Source: Pseudovirgaria hyperparasitica
Taxonomy: Eukaryota
Reading direction: 5' to 3' (one strand)
Assembly: GCA_010093815.1 (NCBI GenBank)
Contig: ML996575.1
DNA length: 64,000 nt
Below, in pieces: positions 14,052-26,724 of this stretch. The number at the start of each line of letters is the position of its first letter. The stretch's first letter is position 1. Both the position numbers and the translations under genes were made by a program. The notes beneath the pieces are model-generated. The model had not been told where the DNA came from. It did no database searches and saw only the letters and a program-made list of their open reading frames with translations.

Positions 14052-14607
14052 AGATGGGTTGAGTGAGTTAAGGGGGTTTGCGCACGCGCTGAATGCAGGG
14101 TGACGAGGTGGGCGGGACGTGCAGGGTGATAAGGCGAGACGAGTGGCAGGCATAGATACAGAGGTACAGATTGAGAAGATGGACATGCAGACAAACAAAC
14201 AAACAGACGGACAAACACACAGATGATAACAACAGCGGCAACACTCGGCCAGAACGGCGCAGTAGTTCATTCACCAGCCCGACCACGATGCCGACGAATG
14301 ATCCATGCAGCCTGATCACCGCAAACAACATCTAGCTACTCGGTACATCTTCTCGGTCCCAGCGGATGCTGCCCCCCCCCTTTTGCCCGCACGCACGAAT
14401 GCCATCTCCACCTAGGGCAGTTATACCCCAGTGCCACTCCAGGCCTTAACTAGGCGTCTGGGCATCTGCGCAGAAGGAATAAGACCGGTGCATGTCCCTG
14501 CTCGGCTCTGTCGTCAGAAGTACCAATCCGGCCACAACGAGAGCACGACACTATCGTATAATACTCAATCCCCTCACATACCGGAAACACAGAGTCCAGG
14601 GCCAAAC

Positions 14608-15969
14608 ATGGCGACCAAGACAAAGGCAATCGTCTCCTACGACACCCACGCCAACGGCGGCTGGCGAATGGAAGATGTAACCGTCCGCGCACCCGGCGAG
14701 GGCGAGCTCCTGGTCGAGATGGTGGGGTCAGGCATCTGCCACACCGACGTGCTGGTCGGCGGTCTCCCGGGCGGCGCGGCGCCAATTGCGTTTTATCCGC
14801 GTGTTCTGGGGCATGAAGGTGTGTGTGTTTTTCTCATTTCACCGCGAACAGCACCCTATACGCCGCTTTCCGTCTTCATCATAATCATCAGAGACCCGTG
14901 CAACTGACAGAATTTGTTTGGATTTACAGGAGGCGGCTACGTCAAGAGCATCGGCCCGGGCGTCACAGTCGCCGAGCCGGGCGATCCGGTGCTGCTATCC
15001 TACGCCTTCTGCCAGAGCTGCGCAATCTGCACGGCCGGCCACCACTCGCACTGCCCGGAGTTTGCGGCGCTGAATTTCGCGGGCCCGTACGCCACGTTTA
15101 CGGACAAGGAGGGGGCGGATATCTCGGGGCATTTCTTCGGGCAGTCGAGCTTTGCACACTTGTCCGTTGTGAAGCAGTGTAGTGTTGTTAATGCCAAGGG
15201 CCTGGTGAGGGATAGGCGGGAGCTGCAGCTGTTTTCGCCGCTTGGGTATGTGATTTCTCTGTTTGATTCGATTATGGTTGAGTCGGTTCGATTCGATTCT
15301 CAGGGGGAAAGGGGAAAGGGGGTTACGACATGAAGCAGACTGACGCTCCGCAGATGCGGCATCCAGACCGGCGCCGGCACAATCATCAACGCCGCCAAGG
15401 CAACCCCCGACGACATCGTCGTCGTCATGGGCCTCGGCGGCGTCGGCCTCAGCGCCATCATGGCCGCCAAAATCCAGCGCTGCCGCATGATAATCGGCCT
15501 CGACCGCGTGCCCTCCCGCCTCGCCCTCGCCCACGACCTCGGCGCAACCCACACCATCAACGGCTCCACCCTCGACCCCTCCAAAACCCTCGTCGAAACC
15601 GTCAAAGCCCTCGCCGAAGGCCACGGCCCCACCGTCACAGTCGACACCACGGGCGTGCCCGCCCTGATCCGCGACGGCATCCAGTTCACGCGCAACTGCG
15701 GGCGCATCCTGCAGGTTGGCAGCGCGCCCTTTGACTTCAATCTCGAGCTCAACACGTTTGAGTTTATGATGAGCGGGAAGCAGTTTCTGGGCGCGATTGA
15801 GGGCCAGGCGTATCCGCCGGAGTTTGTGCCGAGGATGATTGGCTGGTATCGCGAGGGCAGGTTTCCGATTGAGCGGTTTATGAAGTTGATTCCGGCGGGG
15901 GAGTTTGAGCTGGGCTTGCGGGAGATGCATGATGGGACGACGATTAAGCCGATTTTGTGCTGGTCGTAG
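14608..15969 (+). CDS. Zinc-dependent (aryl-)alcohol dehydrogenase, MDR family
   Basis: GICHTD, GHEG, structural-Zn CQSCAICTAGHHSHC and GLGGVG motifs; two introns. Confidence 0.93.
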
Positions 15970-16362
15970 GGGTGCCGGGGGGGGGGGTTGTTGCGGTGAA
16001 ATGCTCTTCTTCTTTTTTCGATGCTAATTGATCATTTCAGAGATTTGAACCTGACGGTGTAGCCAATGTAGGCTTGCATTAATGTAGTAGTATCGCAGTA
16101 TGAGATACCGTGAAGCTATTCATAACATGTGCCATTCATGGTTATTCAAATTTTAGTTATTTTGGAATGAGTTGCTCTGTAGATGGCCGCACGTAGTTAA
16201 CTTTACCAGTGTCTACCTACATATAAAGTTCAGGCCTCCTTCGGGGAAAACGTAATCACGGAGACCCGGTCCGGAAGTGGGTACGTACCGACTAGCCGAT
16301 CCAGGCAGCCAACAAGTCCGGGAAACGTATCTTCAACATCTGCAAACGTCCCATGCCAAAGC

Positions 16363-17282
16363 ATGTCGTTCCCCCAAGCAGCGCCGCCCAAGAAGCCCCT
16401 CGACGAGTTCGTTCGTCTAGCGGATAATGTCTTGCTGTACGCGCCCTCCTCCTCCTCTGGTGCGGGCAACAACGTGTCCAATGACATGCTCATCGTGTCG
16501 TGCACGTGGATGGGCGCAGCATCGAAGCACATAGCAAAGTACACAGATGGATACAAGACGCTCTTCCCGTCCGCCGCAATCCTGCTAGTCCGCAATAACC
16601 TGTCAGACATGCTGTTCGCGTCCAGGGCCGACAAACGACTCGACCCCGCGCTGTCCGTCATCAGGAAATATGCGCAGACACGACATTCCAAAGCGCCGCC
16701 CATGATCCTCATCCACTCGTTCAGGTGAGAGCGGACCCGACAATAGCCCAATTCTCAACCCCAGACTAAGTTAACACCCCCAGCAACGGCGGCGCAAACC
16801 AACTCATCAGCCTCTCAACCCTCTTCCTCGCCGCCGAACACCGGCCCATCCCCGCCCGCGCCCTCATCCTCGACAGCAGCCCCGGCACCGCAACCTGGCA
16901 GCGCAGCCACGCGGCCATCACCCTCAGCCTCCCGCGCAACAACCCGCTCATCCGCATCCTCGGCGCCCTCCTCGTCCACGCCCTGCTCCTCGCCGTCGCA
17001 CTCTACCACATCCTCACCCGCTCCGAGCACCGCATCACTACTAACAACAGACTGCTGAATGACCCGGCGCTGGTGGATCGGCGGGCCAGGCGCGTGTATG
17101 CCTATTCGAGGGCGGATGTCATGGTTGGGTGGGAGGATGTGGAGAGGCATGCGGGGGTGGCGCGGGAGAAGGGGTGGGGGGTGGAGTTGGTGCGGTTTGA
17201 GGGGAGTGCGCATGCCGGGCATGTGTTGGAGGATAGGGCGAGGTATTGGGCGGCGGTTGAGCGGGCTTGGGGGGGTGCATGA
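16363..17282 (+). CDS. DUF829/TMEM53-family alpha/beta-hydrolase-like protein (PaxU-like)
   Basis: WMGA..KHIAKY, HSFSNGG (across the intron), ILDSSPG, YAYSRAD and FEGSAH motifs. Confidence 0.85.
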
Positions 17283-17778
17283 GGGGACGCTGTGTGTCTG
17301 TCTGCGTGAGAGGAGGCTGGTTGTGGGCGGAATGGGTTGGATTGGAGTGGGTGGGATAGTCAGAGTTTGGGATGATGTTGTTGATGTGTGCACTTTGGGA
17401 TGATATATGGGTTGATTTGAGGCTATTTGGGTTATTATAGGCGTTGGTAATTAGCTAATGGTGCTTGTATTTATGTAGGGTTTTTCATGCTGGTGTTCGT
17501 AGGTACTAATTAAGTTAGATCTTACCAGTAGTAGGTACCTTACTGGGATTCAAGGTTATGTAAGCCAGATGAGCACATGAATCCACTTCCTTGGCATGGA
17601 AGCCATCACATCTTCTCTTTGTCAACGACAACAACCATTTTCCCGCCTGTATCACCAAGACTTGTCTATATCCATCGTGATATTATCGTCCCCATCGCAG
17701 CCCAACATGTCCACGTCCGAGAGGTCCTGCCACTTACAGCTCTTCCCCCTTGAGACATCCATACCGCCACGTCCTCGG

Positions 17779-17815
17779 TTAGCCGAAGTCCAAGGTGCTG
17801 TGCTTTAAATTAGCC
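17779..17815 (-). promoter_or_regulatory. Two GGCTAA hexamers (XlnR/Xyr1-type consensus) upstream of the GH3 gene
   Basis: ttagcc at 17779 and 17810, about 270-300 bp before the ATG; the motif is short and may occur by chance. Confidence 0.3.
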
Positions 17816-18080
17816 AACTGGGGGCGATCCCATCTCTGTTTTGGCGTTACCCGATCTCGTTTACGCCGCGACTGAGGATGATCTGCATTCAGGCTTCGCC
17901 GGACCGGGTATGGTACAGGGGCGCTCTCTCTGGCTTTCCGACGTGTTAATGCACGCTGTTAATTATGTACGAGGTGGGTTCTTATATCAATCAAGATGGA
18001 TCTCACTTTTCGTGTCATGATGCGTGTGTGAGACTGCTCCGCCTTGATGTTTTTGAATCGTGATTGAAGTTGTTGCCATC

Positions 18081-20887
18081 ATGTTCTGTCAAGGTTTCCT
18101 TTGTTTATGGTTCTGTGTTCTGGTATCATGTATCGCCGGTGCGGTCGCGTCTACGCCCTCCGAGGGATCCACCCAAGCACTGTATGAACGCGCGCCTGTT
18201 CCAGATGGGTACTCCTCGCCCTCGTATTACCCTACCCCGAACGGCGGGTGGGCCACGGACTGGCAGGACGCGTACGAACGAGCCGCAGTCATCGTCCGCA
18301 ACATGACACTGGCCGAGAAAACGAACATCACGACCGGAACAGGATACTTCATGGGCCGGTGTGTTGGCAACACGGGCTCGGCGCCGGCGAAGAATATGCC
18401 CCAACTCTGTCTTCAGGATGGACCTCTGTAAGTTCCCCCGGTATTGTGTTGCAATAGGCCTTGTGTGTTGATGGCAGAATCCCCAAAGCGGCGTCCGGTC
18501 TACCGACAATGTGACTGCGTTCCCGGCTGGCATCACGGTCGGCGCAACGTGGGATAAGGACCTGCTGTATCGACGCGGTCTCGCGATCGGGGAGGAATTC
18601 CGCGGCAAGGGCGCCAACGTCCATCTCGGTCCCAGCGTCGGGCCTCTCGGCCGCAAGCCACGCGGCGGTCGAGGCTGGGAGGGCTTCGGATCAGACCCGG
18701 TGCTCCAGGCCGTCGGCGCGCGGGAGACGATCCGCGGCGTGCAGGAGCGTGGCGTGATAGCGACGATCAAGCACTTCATCGGCAACGAGCAGGAGCAGTA
18801 CCGGATGTACAATCTCGTGCAGCCGGGGTACAGCTCGAATATCGACGGCAGGACGCTGCACGAGCTGTACCTGTGGCCGTTCGCGGAGGGGGTCCGGGCA
18901 GGGGTTGGCGCGGTCATGGCTGCGTACAACGACGTGAATGGCTCTGCGACGTCGCAGAATGCGTATCTGCTTAACGGGGTACTGAAGGACGAGCTTGGGT
19001 TCCAGGGCTTCGTCATGACGGATTGGTTGTCGCAGATCTCGGGTGTTGCTGCTGCTCTGGCCGGGCTGGACATGAGTATGCCTGGAGACGGCGGGATCGT
19101 AGGGATCCCGCTGCTCGGAGGCGCATGGTTTGCAGATGAGCTCTCGGAGGCGGTGCTGAACGGCTCGGTCCCGGTCTCACGCGTCAACGACATGGCGACC
19201 AGAGTCGTTGCGACGTGGCTGAAGATGGGCCAGGACCAGGACTACCCTGCGCCAAACTACTCGTCTTTCACGGCGGACCGCGAGGGCCCGTTGTATGCTG
19301 GCGCTCCGCTGACATCGCCTAGGGGTGTGGTCAATGAGTATGTCAATGTGCAAGGGGATCATGCCGAGCTTGCCCGCGATATTGCTCAGGATGCGATAAC
19401 GCTGCTGAAGAATGAAGGGGGGATTCTGCCTCTTGAGACAAGCACGCCGTTGAAAGTCTTTGGTGACGATGCGCAGGCGAATCCGGACGGGATTAATTCG
19501 TGCTCGGATAGAGGCTGTAATAAGGGGACGCTGGGTATGGGATGGGGTTCGGGAACAGCGTGAGTAGTCCAGGCTTCTGTGTTGTTGAAGTGATCTGTAT
19601 CGTTCTCTTGGCTCATTTTGTTGCAGAAACTACCCTTATTTCGATTCCCCGATCGATGCAATACGAAGCCAAGCCAGCAATGTTACCTACTCGTCGAGCA
19701 ACACCTTTCCTTCGAACGTTGTAGCCTCCCCGGGAGACGTAGCGTTGGTATTCATCAACTCGGATTCGGGCGAGAACTACATCACTGTCGAGACCAATCC
19801 GGGAGATCGTACGACCGCAGGTCTGTACTCCTGGTACGGCGGTGATGATCTGGTCAAAGCAGCTGCGGCAAAGTACGAAAACGTGGTGGTCATCATCCAC
19901 ACAGTCGGACCCATAATCCTAGAGAACTGGCACTCCTTACCGAGCGTGAAGGGTATCATTATAGCCCACCTCCCTGGACAAGAAGCCGGACAATCACTGA
20001 CCAACGTCCTCTTTGGCCACGTATCTCCATCCGGACATCTTCCATACACCATCCCCGTCTCCGAAGACGACTACCCAGACAGCGTCAATCTCATCGGAGG
20101 CCTACAGCTCGGCCAAGTCCAAGACACATACACCGAAGGCCTCTACATCGACTACCGCCACTTCAACAAAGCCGGCATCAAGCCCCGCTACGCCTTCGGC
20201 CACGGCCTCTCCTACACCACATTCTCCTACTCCAACGCCACCCTCACCCTCTCCACCCCCCTCTCCGAAACCCCTCCCGCTCCTCCCACTAAACCCTCCA
20301 CCCCAACATACCCAAACACCCGCCCGGCCCCCTCGGAAGTCTACTTCCCCCCCAACTTCCCCCGCATCGACCGCTACATCTACTCCTACATGGACGCCGC
20401 CGCCGCCGACCTCGCCGCCGCCATCAACCCCTCCTCAACCCCCTACCCCTACCCACAAAACTACACAACCACCCAACCACCCACCCACCCCCCCGCCGGC
20501 GGCTCCCCAGGCGGCAACCCCGCGCTTTGGGACACAATCTACACGCTCGCCCTCACCATCACAAACACCGGCTCCCGGCCCGGCAGGGCCGTCGCACAGG
20601 CATACGTCCAATTCCCCGACGGGTTCCCCCACGACACCCCCGTCATCCAGCTGCGCGATTTCGCAAAGACGGCGGTGCTGGCGCCCGGCGAGGGTCAGAC
20701 TGTGCGGTTGCGCATCACGCGCAAGGATGTGAGTGTTTGGGATGTGCGGAGGCGGAATTGGGTTGCGGGTGGGGGTGAGGGTGGTGGGTATACGGTTTGG
20801 GTTGGCGGGAGTTCGGATCGGTTGGAGGTGAGGTGTGTGGGTGAGGGGAGTTGTGATGTTGGGGCGAGGGGGCCGGTGGATGGGTAG
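18081..20887 (+). CDS. GH3 beta-glucosidase, secreted
   Basis: Signal peptide; [34 protein letters not shown] (nucleophile Asp) and [11 protein letters not shown]-terminal FnIII-like region; two introns. Confidence 0.95.
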
Positions 20888-21096
20888 ATGGGGTGGGTGG
20901 GTAGATAGAGGGGAGTGGTAGTAGTAGATTTATGGAGATTGGGATACCGGATGTTGATTTATCATGTGAATGGGACGGATTCGTGCATCTCAGTGAGTAA
21001 GAGGTGTAGTACCGAGTGCACGGGCACACGACCTCGCTTTTACGTATACTTTTGAAAAGGATATGATTTTGGTCCTGGAAGAAGCCTGCATGAAAC

Positions 21097-21170
21097 GGTT
21101 TCGTGGTGTAGTTGGTTATCACGTCAGTCTAACACACTGAAGGTCCCCAGTTCGAGCCCGGGCGAAATCA
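21097..21170 (+). tRNA. tRNA-Val (anticodon AAC)
   Basis: Cloverleaf: GGTTTCG/CGAAATC acceptor stem, TCAGT-CTAACAC-ACTGA anticodon arm, GTTCGA T-loop; T-rich terminator downstream. Confidence 0.95.
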
Positions 21171-21638
21171 TTCATTTTGCTTTTCTACGGAGCAGCAACG
21201 CACTTGATCGATTTATCAAACCCAAGTCTTCGTGGGTGCTACATATAAATATATCTTTTGTGGGTTGCGCTAATTACTGTATGCGATTATGTGGGGATAT
21301 TGCGGGGACTGGGGCGCTAAGCGTGTCTAGCGCGGCCGAGGAATTTCGGAGTAGTCAGACGGAAGACGTCCAACAGCGGTGTATTATACTTCGCCTGTTC
21401 ATCTCGGATCTTTTGCATGGGACTCTCTATTGGGTTCGCGAACGCACTCAGACGCGTGAAAGTTTCCGTAAAGCTAACGTTAAATCGCAATCTTTCTCTG
21501 GGGCACGAGGGAAGGTGGATGATGGCTCTACAATGGCAACTAGAAGTGCATACGACTCATCATCCTTCCTCGATCGCTGAAACCTTGGACTTATTGCTAT
21601 TCCACCCCATCTAACGTACAAACGCCTTGAGAACAATG

Positions 21639-22666
21639 TCAGTCATCACTAGCAACACGCCCCTGACGCAACTCCTTCTCGTAGGGTCCCGGCTTCACTT
21701 TATATTGGCGCTTCTTCAACGCTCTTTGCCGCGACCACTGATCAATGACGTCCCATTTGACGCAAGTCCGTTCTCCAGGGGAGCGTATCTCTTTATTCGG
21801 CAGCGACTTCGAATCGGCAATCCATGTGCCAACATACAGTGACACGTCGGGGTTGCACATGACTGTCCGTCGGATCCATTCGATGCAGTGCGCTGTTGTG
21901 TTGTTAGCTGTCAAAAAGCTTAATTGCTTTTTTGAGACTCCACTGACTGAGATGCTCTTCCGAGGCCGCCTCCATTTCTGCGGTTATATTGGGGTAGTAG
22001 TGAGATCGGAGGACCATTCTACGCAGTGCATCCTATGATTGGGTAAGAAGATGTCGTTGTATCATGGCGAGATGACGTACCAGACAGTGCAGTTCGTGAA
22101 AGAATGAGAACACTCCAATATATCTGCCATCATCGAGCTCCACGGTATCTTCGTTGACTACGATGTCTACCCTCTTCAACTCTTCCTCCGTTTGATAGAT
22201 GTTCATGGCTAAATTCATCAGCTGCTCTGGATCCTTGCGTATGCAGCATTGCGATACATACGTTCTAATAGTCGTTCCCAATTCGGTTGCGTGTCATGGG
22301 GATCTCCTATGAATCCATCCTTCTTCACCTCGTCTGCCGTCGGGTACAGCGTCTGGCGCTCGTATGTCAAGAGACTTCGTAGGGGGGCTAGACTGCTATC
22401 AGCGATCTCATGCACAGTCGCCCGAGACTGGAAAATTAGAAATGCTCACAGTAGGACTGTGGTACGTAGCCGTGGTAGTACCAGGCTAATATGGCTATCG
22501 ACGCTGTGATGTATACCGTGGAAAGAATGTTGAAGAGTCGCTGAAAGGAGAAAAGCTTTCGTGTCCGTGGCGTTTCCGGTATGTCGAGACTAGCATTACG
22601 GTCAAGCAGAGGTTGGTTGGATTCAACATCCTCGGCGCCCATCAGTGGTAGCTTAGACTCTTCCAT
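21639..22666 (-). CDS. UstYa-like / DUF3328 oxidase
   Basis: Exons 22666-22450, 22387-22262, 22208-22081, 22032-21948 and 21892-21639. N-terminal TM helix, YSPL, and two HxxHC motifs (FHELHCL; EHLTHCIEWIRRTVMCNPD), then RTCVKWD. Confidence 0.93.
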
Positions 22667-23467
22667 TTCCTCCGTGATATATCTCAGCAGATTCCTCGAG
22701 TACGCTGATGGTGGAGCTCTGTCCTGGAGTAAGGTAACGGTAGAAGCATTTCAATCCAACAAAGAGTCGGTCAGTCCAGACTACTATCAACGCACGAGGA
22801 GCAGCTCACTTCGCAGGGTTGTCCTGTGAACTATGCAGCAATCTCTCGAATCGGAAACTTTGTCCGATGCGAAACGGCCCTATTTTGTGTCCGATATAGA
22901 TGAGAGCAGGGCTCGACTGGTGTGATGAGACCCGTGACTGCAGGCTTTTTTATTACAGCTGTTGGTTGTTCCAGCTACTTCCTATAGATGATTTGCTGGG
23001 TCTCGCGGCGTTTGCATAAACTTGACAAGTAATACCCCCATCAGGACAAAGGTGCGAATGCATGACGATGTGGGACGTTGTGGATCAGCAAAATCTGTGC
23101 CAATCGAAGGAAATGCCGGGTCGATGCGTGGGTGATAGTGACACCAACGTCGTGAGCCTTGCCTCATAGTCCCACTCTATTGGCCTCGTTCGTCTAAGAT
23201 CCAGACGTAAGGCCATACAGACAGCCTTGTATTTCAAGGCAGATAACTGTGCCGCATACCTACAGGCAGGCCGTTCTGGAGGCCTGTCTTCCCAGCCTAT
23301 GACGAGGCCGGTAAGAAGCTTGTACTGGCTCCGTGCAACCTCACGTCCTGTTGACCTAAACGACATATTATAAGTATACTCCTTGCCACGGATACTGGCA
23401 GCCTCTGTTACTCACAACCACTACACCGACTTCTGACCTCAACCGTGTCGAGATTAAACTAGCAACC

Positions 23468-23655
23468 ATGAAGATCATCATCTCTCTTCTGCTACTGGGC
23501 ATATTGGGCGCTACTGCGGCACCGACGAGTATGTTATCACAGCCACGCAAGCAATTCTCAAAGGCTAACAGCTTCAAGAGAACCTCCTACGCGAAGACAA
23601 TGAAGCTTTTGTTCCTATCGTTGCAGACGGAGGACTTGTAGAAGCGCGCGACTGA
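23468..23655 (+). CDS. 45-aa secreted peptide, candidate RiPP precursor (not in the ORF track)
   Basis: Exons 23468-23528 and 23579-23655 (intron GTATGT..GCTAAC..AAG) give MKIIISLLLLGILGATAAPTKNLLREDNEAFVPIVADGGLVEARD*. TATA at ~23368, ACCATG start context, second intron in the 3'UTR at 23659-23713. Confidence 0.75.
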
Positions 23656-24982
23656 ATGGTATGGACCCCTCCTTCTCTGTCCGTGACAGTGACAGTGCTA
23701 ACAACTATTGTAGGTCGGACCGTCAATGCTCAATGATCGACATCTGAGGCTGAAACGCCGGCTATGCTCTTACCGAGGTTACATTGGGGGTGTTGAGTAG
23801 CAAATATTTAGTATTCTTTCTCGCAATCTACACTTTGTTTCCACCAAATCTGAGTCATTCAACGACATGTCGAAGTATTCTCCATTAAGTGGTAGGAAAG
23901 TGTCATCAGTCAAGAGTTGTGGGTAGAAGGATTGATATGTATATCCACTCAGTCTAATGCAGCGGTTCCATGTTGGTTATGAATGCAAGGTAGGTAAGAG
24001 ACAGGGGCATCCAGTCTCGACTGTCATGACCTATGTTGACATTTCGACCAAATTTTCTTTTTCCACTTTTCAGGAATATGAGGCAACGAGACTATACCTT
24101 TTCACGTCCTAGTCGCCCTCTACCAACGACCTCAAATTCAATCTCACCCGCCCCATGTAGAGGGATAGGACCTGTCAAAGCCTCACACGAAGAGCGAGGA
24201 ATATCCCGTCCTCTATACGAGAGTCGGAGAACTGTCTCACGACCTGGTTGATTATCGGAAATTCTGATACTGAGGCTGGTAGTGGCAGAGTGGATACTGA
24301 AGCCGTGTGGGGTCGTGACGGGCCGGAGTTGTACACGGTAGTTATTCACGGAAAGATGAAGCTCCCGGTCTATCCACATATACGAAGATGGGGGTTCATC
24401 AACGATGCAGGGCCGTTGACGATGGCCAGACGGGCCTCCCGAGAGGGATTCCAGTTTCTGTGCTGGGACAGGGACATGGATCAGGGGTGAGTAGCAAGGG
24501 TGACCGTTATCGGCTCCACACGATGCCTGTGATGCGTAACATCTTCGCTTACACTGTACAGGCTTACCTAGCAGCACTCCCTGCAGTATGGCTCTAAAAC
24601 CTTGATCTCCTTCATCTCCCGTGCTGACGCCGTGTTCAGGCGCCTTCCCCATGCAAACAACATTGCGTTATGCTTACATCTCTAACCGGCCACGGTGTTG
24701 CACCGTCCCATGCCCTGTGCACACCGTTCTGGGATGACATCCTACGCCATGCTCTGTCCTCGTTTTCACTGTCTTGTCGCTACAGGGTCTTCTGTTCGCG
24801 GACGTGGCGTATTCTATCTCTTGTACAATCCTTTCGATCCCTTGAGCCTCTTAAATGGCTGGCCAGGTGCTTGAAGTTGACTAGCGCATCAACGTCTTCA
24901 TCTCTAAAGATCAAAGCTTGTGGCAGTAGTTGTTGCCTCACGGTATCTCACTTTAGTGCCTCAGCATCTCCCATATTTCGCT

Positions 24983-26210
24983 ATGGTGTACAACAACCCC
25001 GATGGCATCATTGCTGCCACTGTGATTGTGCAGTTTCTCGTCATTGGCATCGTATGTTTGCGGATCTTATCTCGACGCAAGCAAGAGAAAAAACGTCTCA
25101 TCTCGGATTGGTTGATTTTGGCGGCCACGCTGATGTCTATGGGACTCGCGATTGCACAGATCTATGGTAAGAGGGGGTATATCCTCGAGCCTTTCTGGCA
25201 TTAATTTGAGTGCACTCATACTGATTGGGATTTTTAATAGGAGCTGCGAATGGACCTTTGGGGTTACTGCTGGCTCCAAGGCTCAAAGCCGATCCGTCGC
25301 ACGCGGCCGACATGGTTCAACTTCTCCGAGAAGTAAGTTCAAATATGCTCCTCCGAGTGAGAATGCTGACTCTCCAAAGTATAACTTCTCCTTCATTGTG
25401 ATAGGCATAGCTGCAATCGGACTGATCAAGATATCTGTATCCCTGCTCTATTTACAGATATTCAGCACTCGTAACTTCCGACCGTATATTATAGGGTGGA
25501 CCGTAATCATGGTCATATGGACCATCGGATTCCTACTCACCTTTCTTTCGCTCTGTGGAAGCCATGGAACACTAGCATCCTACAAGTTCACGAATGCGAA
25601 GACCGTGGACAAGTTCTGTGGGACGGAACGAGTAAAGCAGATGGACTTTGCACTTGTTGTGTCTGGTTCTATCACTGATCTGATAACTGTCATGCTACCA
25701 ATACCCATGACATGGTCTCTTCAACTCTCCCTTCGACGGAAAATCTCGATCATTGGCATATTCTTGGTCGGTATGCTGTCTGTCGGAGCCAGTGTAGCCA
25801 GAACATACATCAGTCTGGACTCCAAATTCGGCAAAGGGACGCCCATGGACCAAGGCCTCGGAGTAACTGCGACCTGTCTGTGGACCCTGATAGAGATCCA
25901 ACTTGGAATCCTAGCTGCCTGCTCGTTGACAATTCGACCTATTCTTCACGAAATTGCAGCCCATGGGCCGATCCACAGTCTTCTGACTTCGACAAGAAGT
26001 CTCCTGAGCGGAAGAGGCTCACAAGCTGATACTGGCGCCAGCAGCTTCACCGAGCTTGCCGACGGGAACTCTTTCCGTCGTCGGAGTGAGAGCCGAAGCA
26101 GAAATGGCTCTGCGAAATCCGGCATTGATCGTTACAATGATCCACTGCCGAAGAAGAATGGAGTTATACACGTTTCAACCGACTTTAGAGTGGACACCAG
26201 AGATGCTTGA
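24983..26210 (+). CDS. PTH11-like (fungal rhodopsin-domain) integral membrane protein
   Basis: VCLRILSR, SDWLILAA, IKISVSLLYLQIF, TDLITVMLPIP..WSLQL..RKI and EIQLGILAAC motifs; two introns. Confidence 0.88.
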
Positions 26211-26724
26211 CTGTCCTTCTTGTGGTTAAGCGCCTAAATGTCTATCGCACGAAGTAGCCTGATCGATACATATATTTACCATCAGTGTTGGCTATATAAT
26301 GATCGCAAATGGAATTTAGGGCACTACGGTGAAAAGGCAGTAAGAAAGTGCCATATATTAGATCAGTCGCATCAATACCATATCATCGCAATGCTCAAAG
26401 TATACATAGAGATCTCCCAAGCAATCATTGCGCAATACGATGTAACATAAGGAATGGTCAGCAGTCGCATCCGGTCTTAGCTGCCCCGAGTGCGAAACCG
26501 AAAGGCCTGTAAAGTGCTGGGGCGGCGCCACGGGATGACGAAGCCAGGATCAAGGATATCACAGACCACAATCCCTCGTCATCCTAGGGGAACAAGTATG
26601 CATGAGTCTGGCAACAAGCTGTGCCACTCAAGCATCGTACAGTGGAGCACCGAGTATCTCTCCGGCTACGTAACACCGCATCTAGCATTTCAGATAAATT
26701 CTACCAAGTGTCTTCATCGCAATC

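Noticed and set aside
18126..19193. Long antisense ORFs over GH3 (similar ones over ADH and GH16)
   Set aside because: Shadow ORFs arising from high GC3 codon bias of the real genes.
24092..24652. 186-aa minus ORF near the peptide gene, considered as a second precursor or tailoring gene
   Set aside because: No signal peptide, repeats or known motifs.
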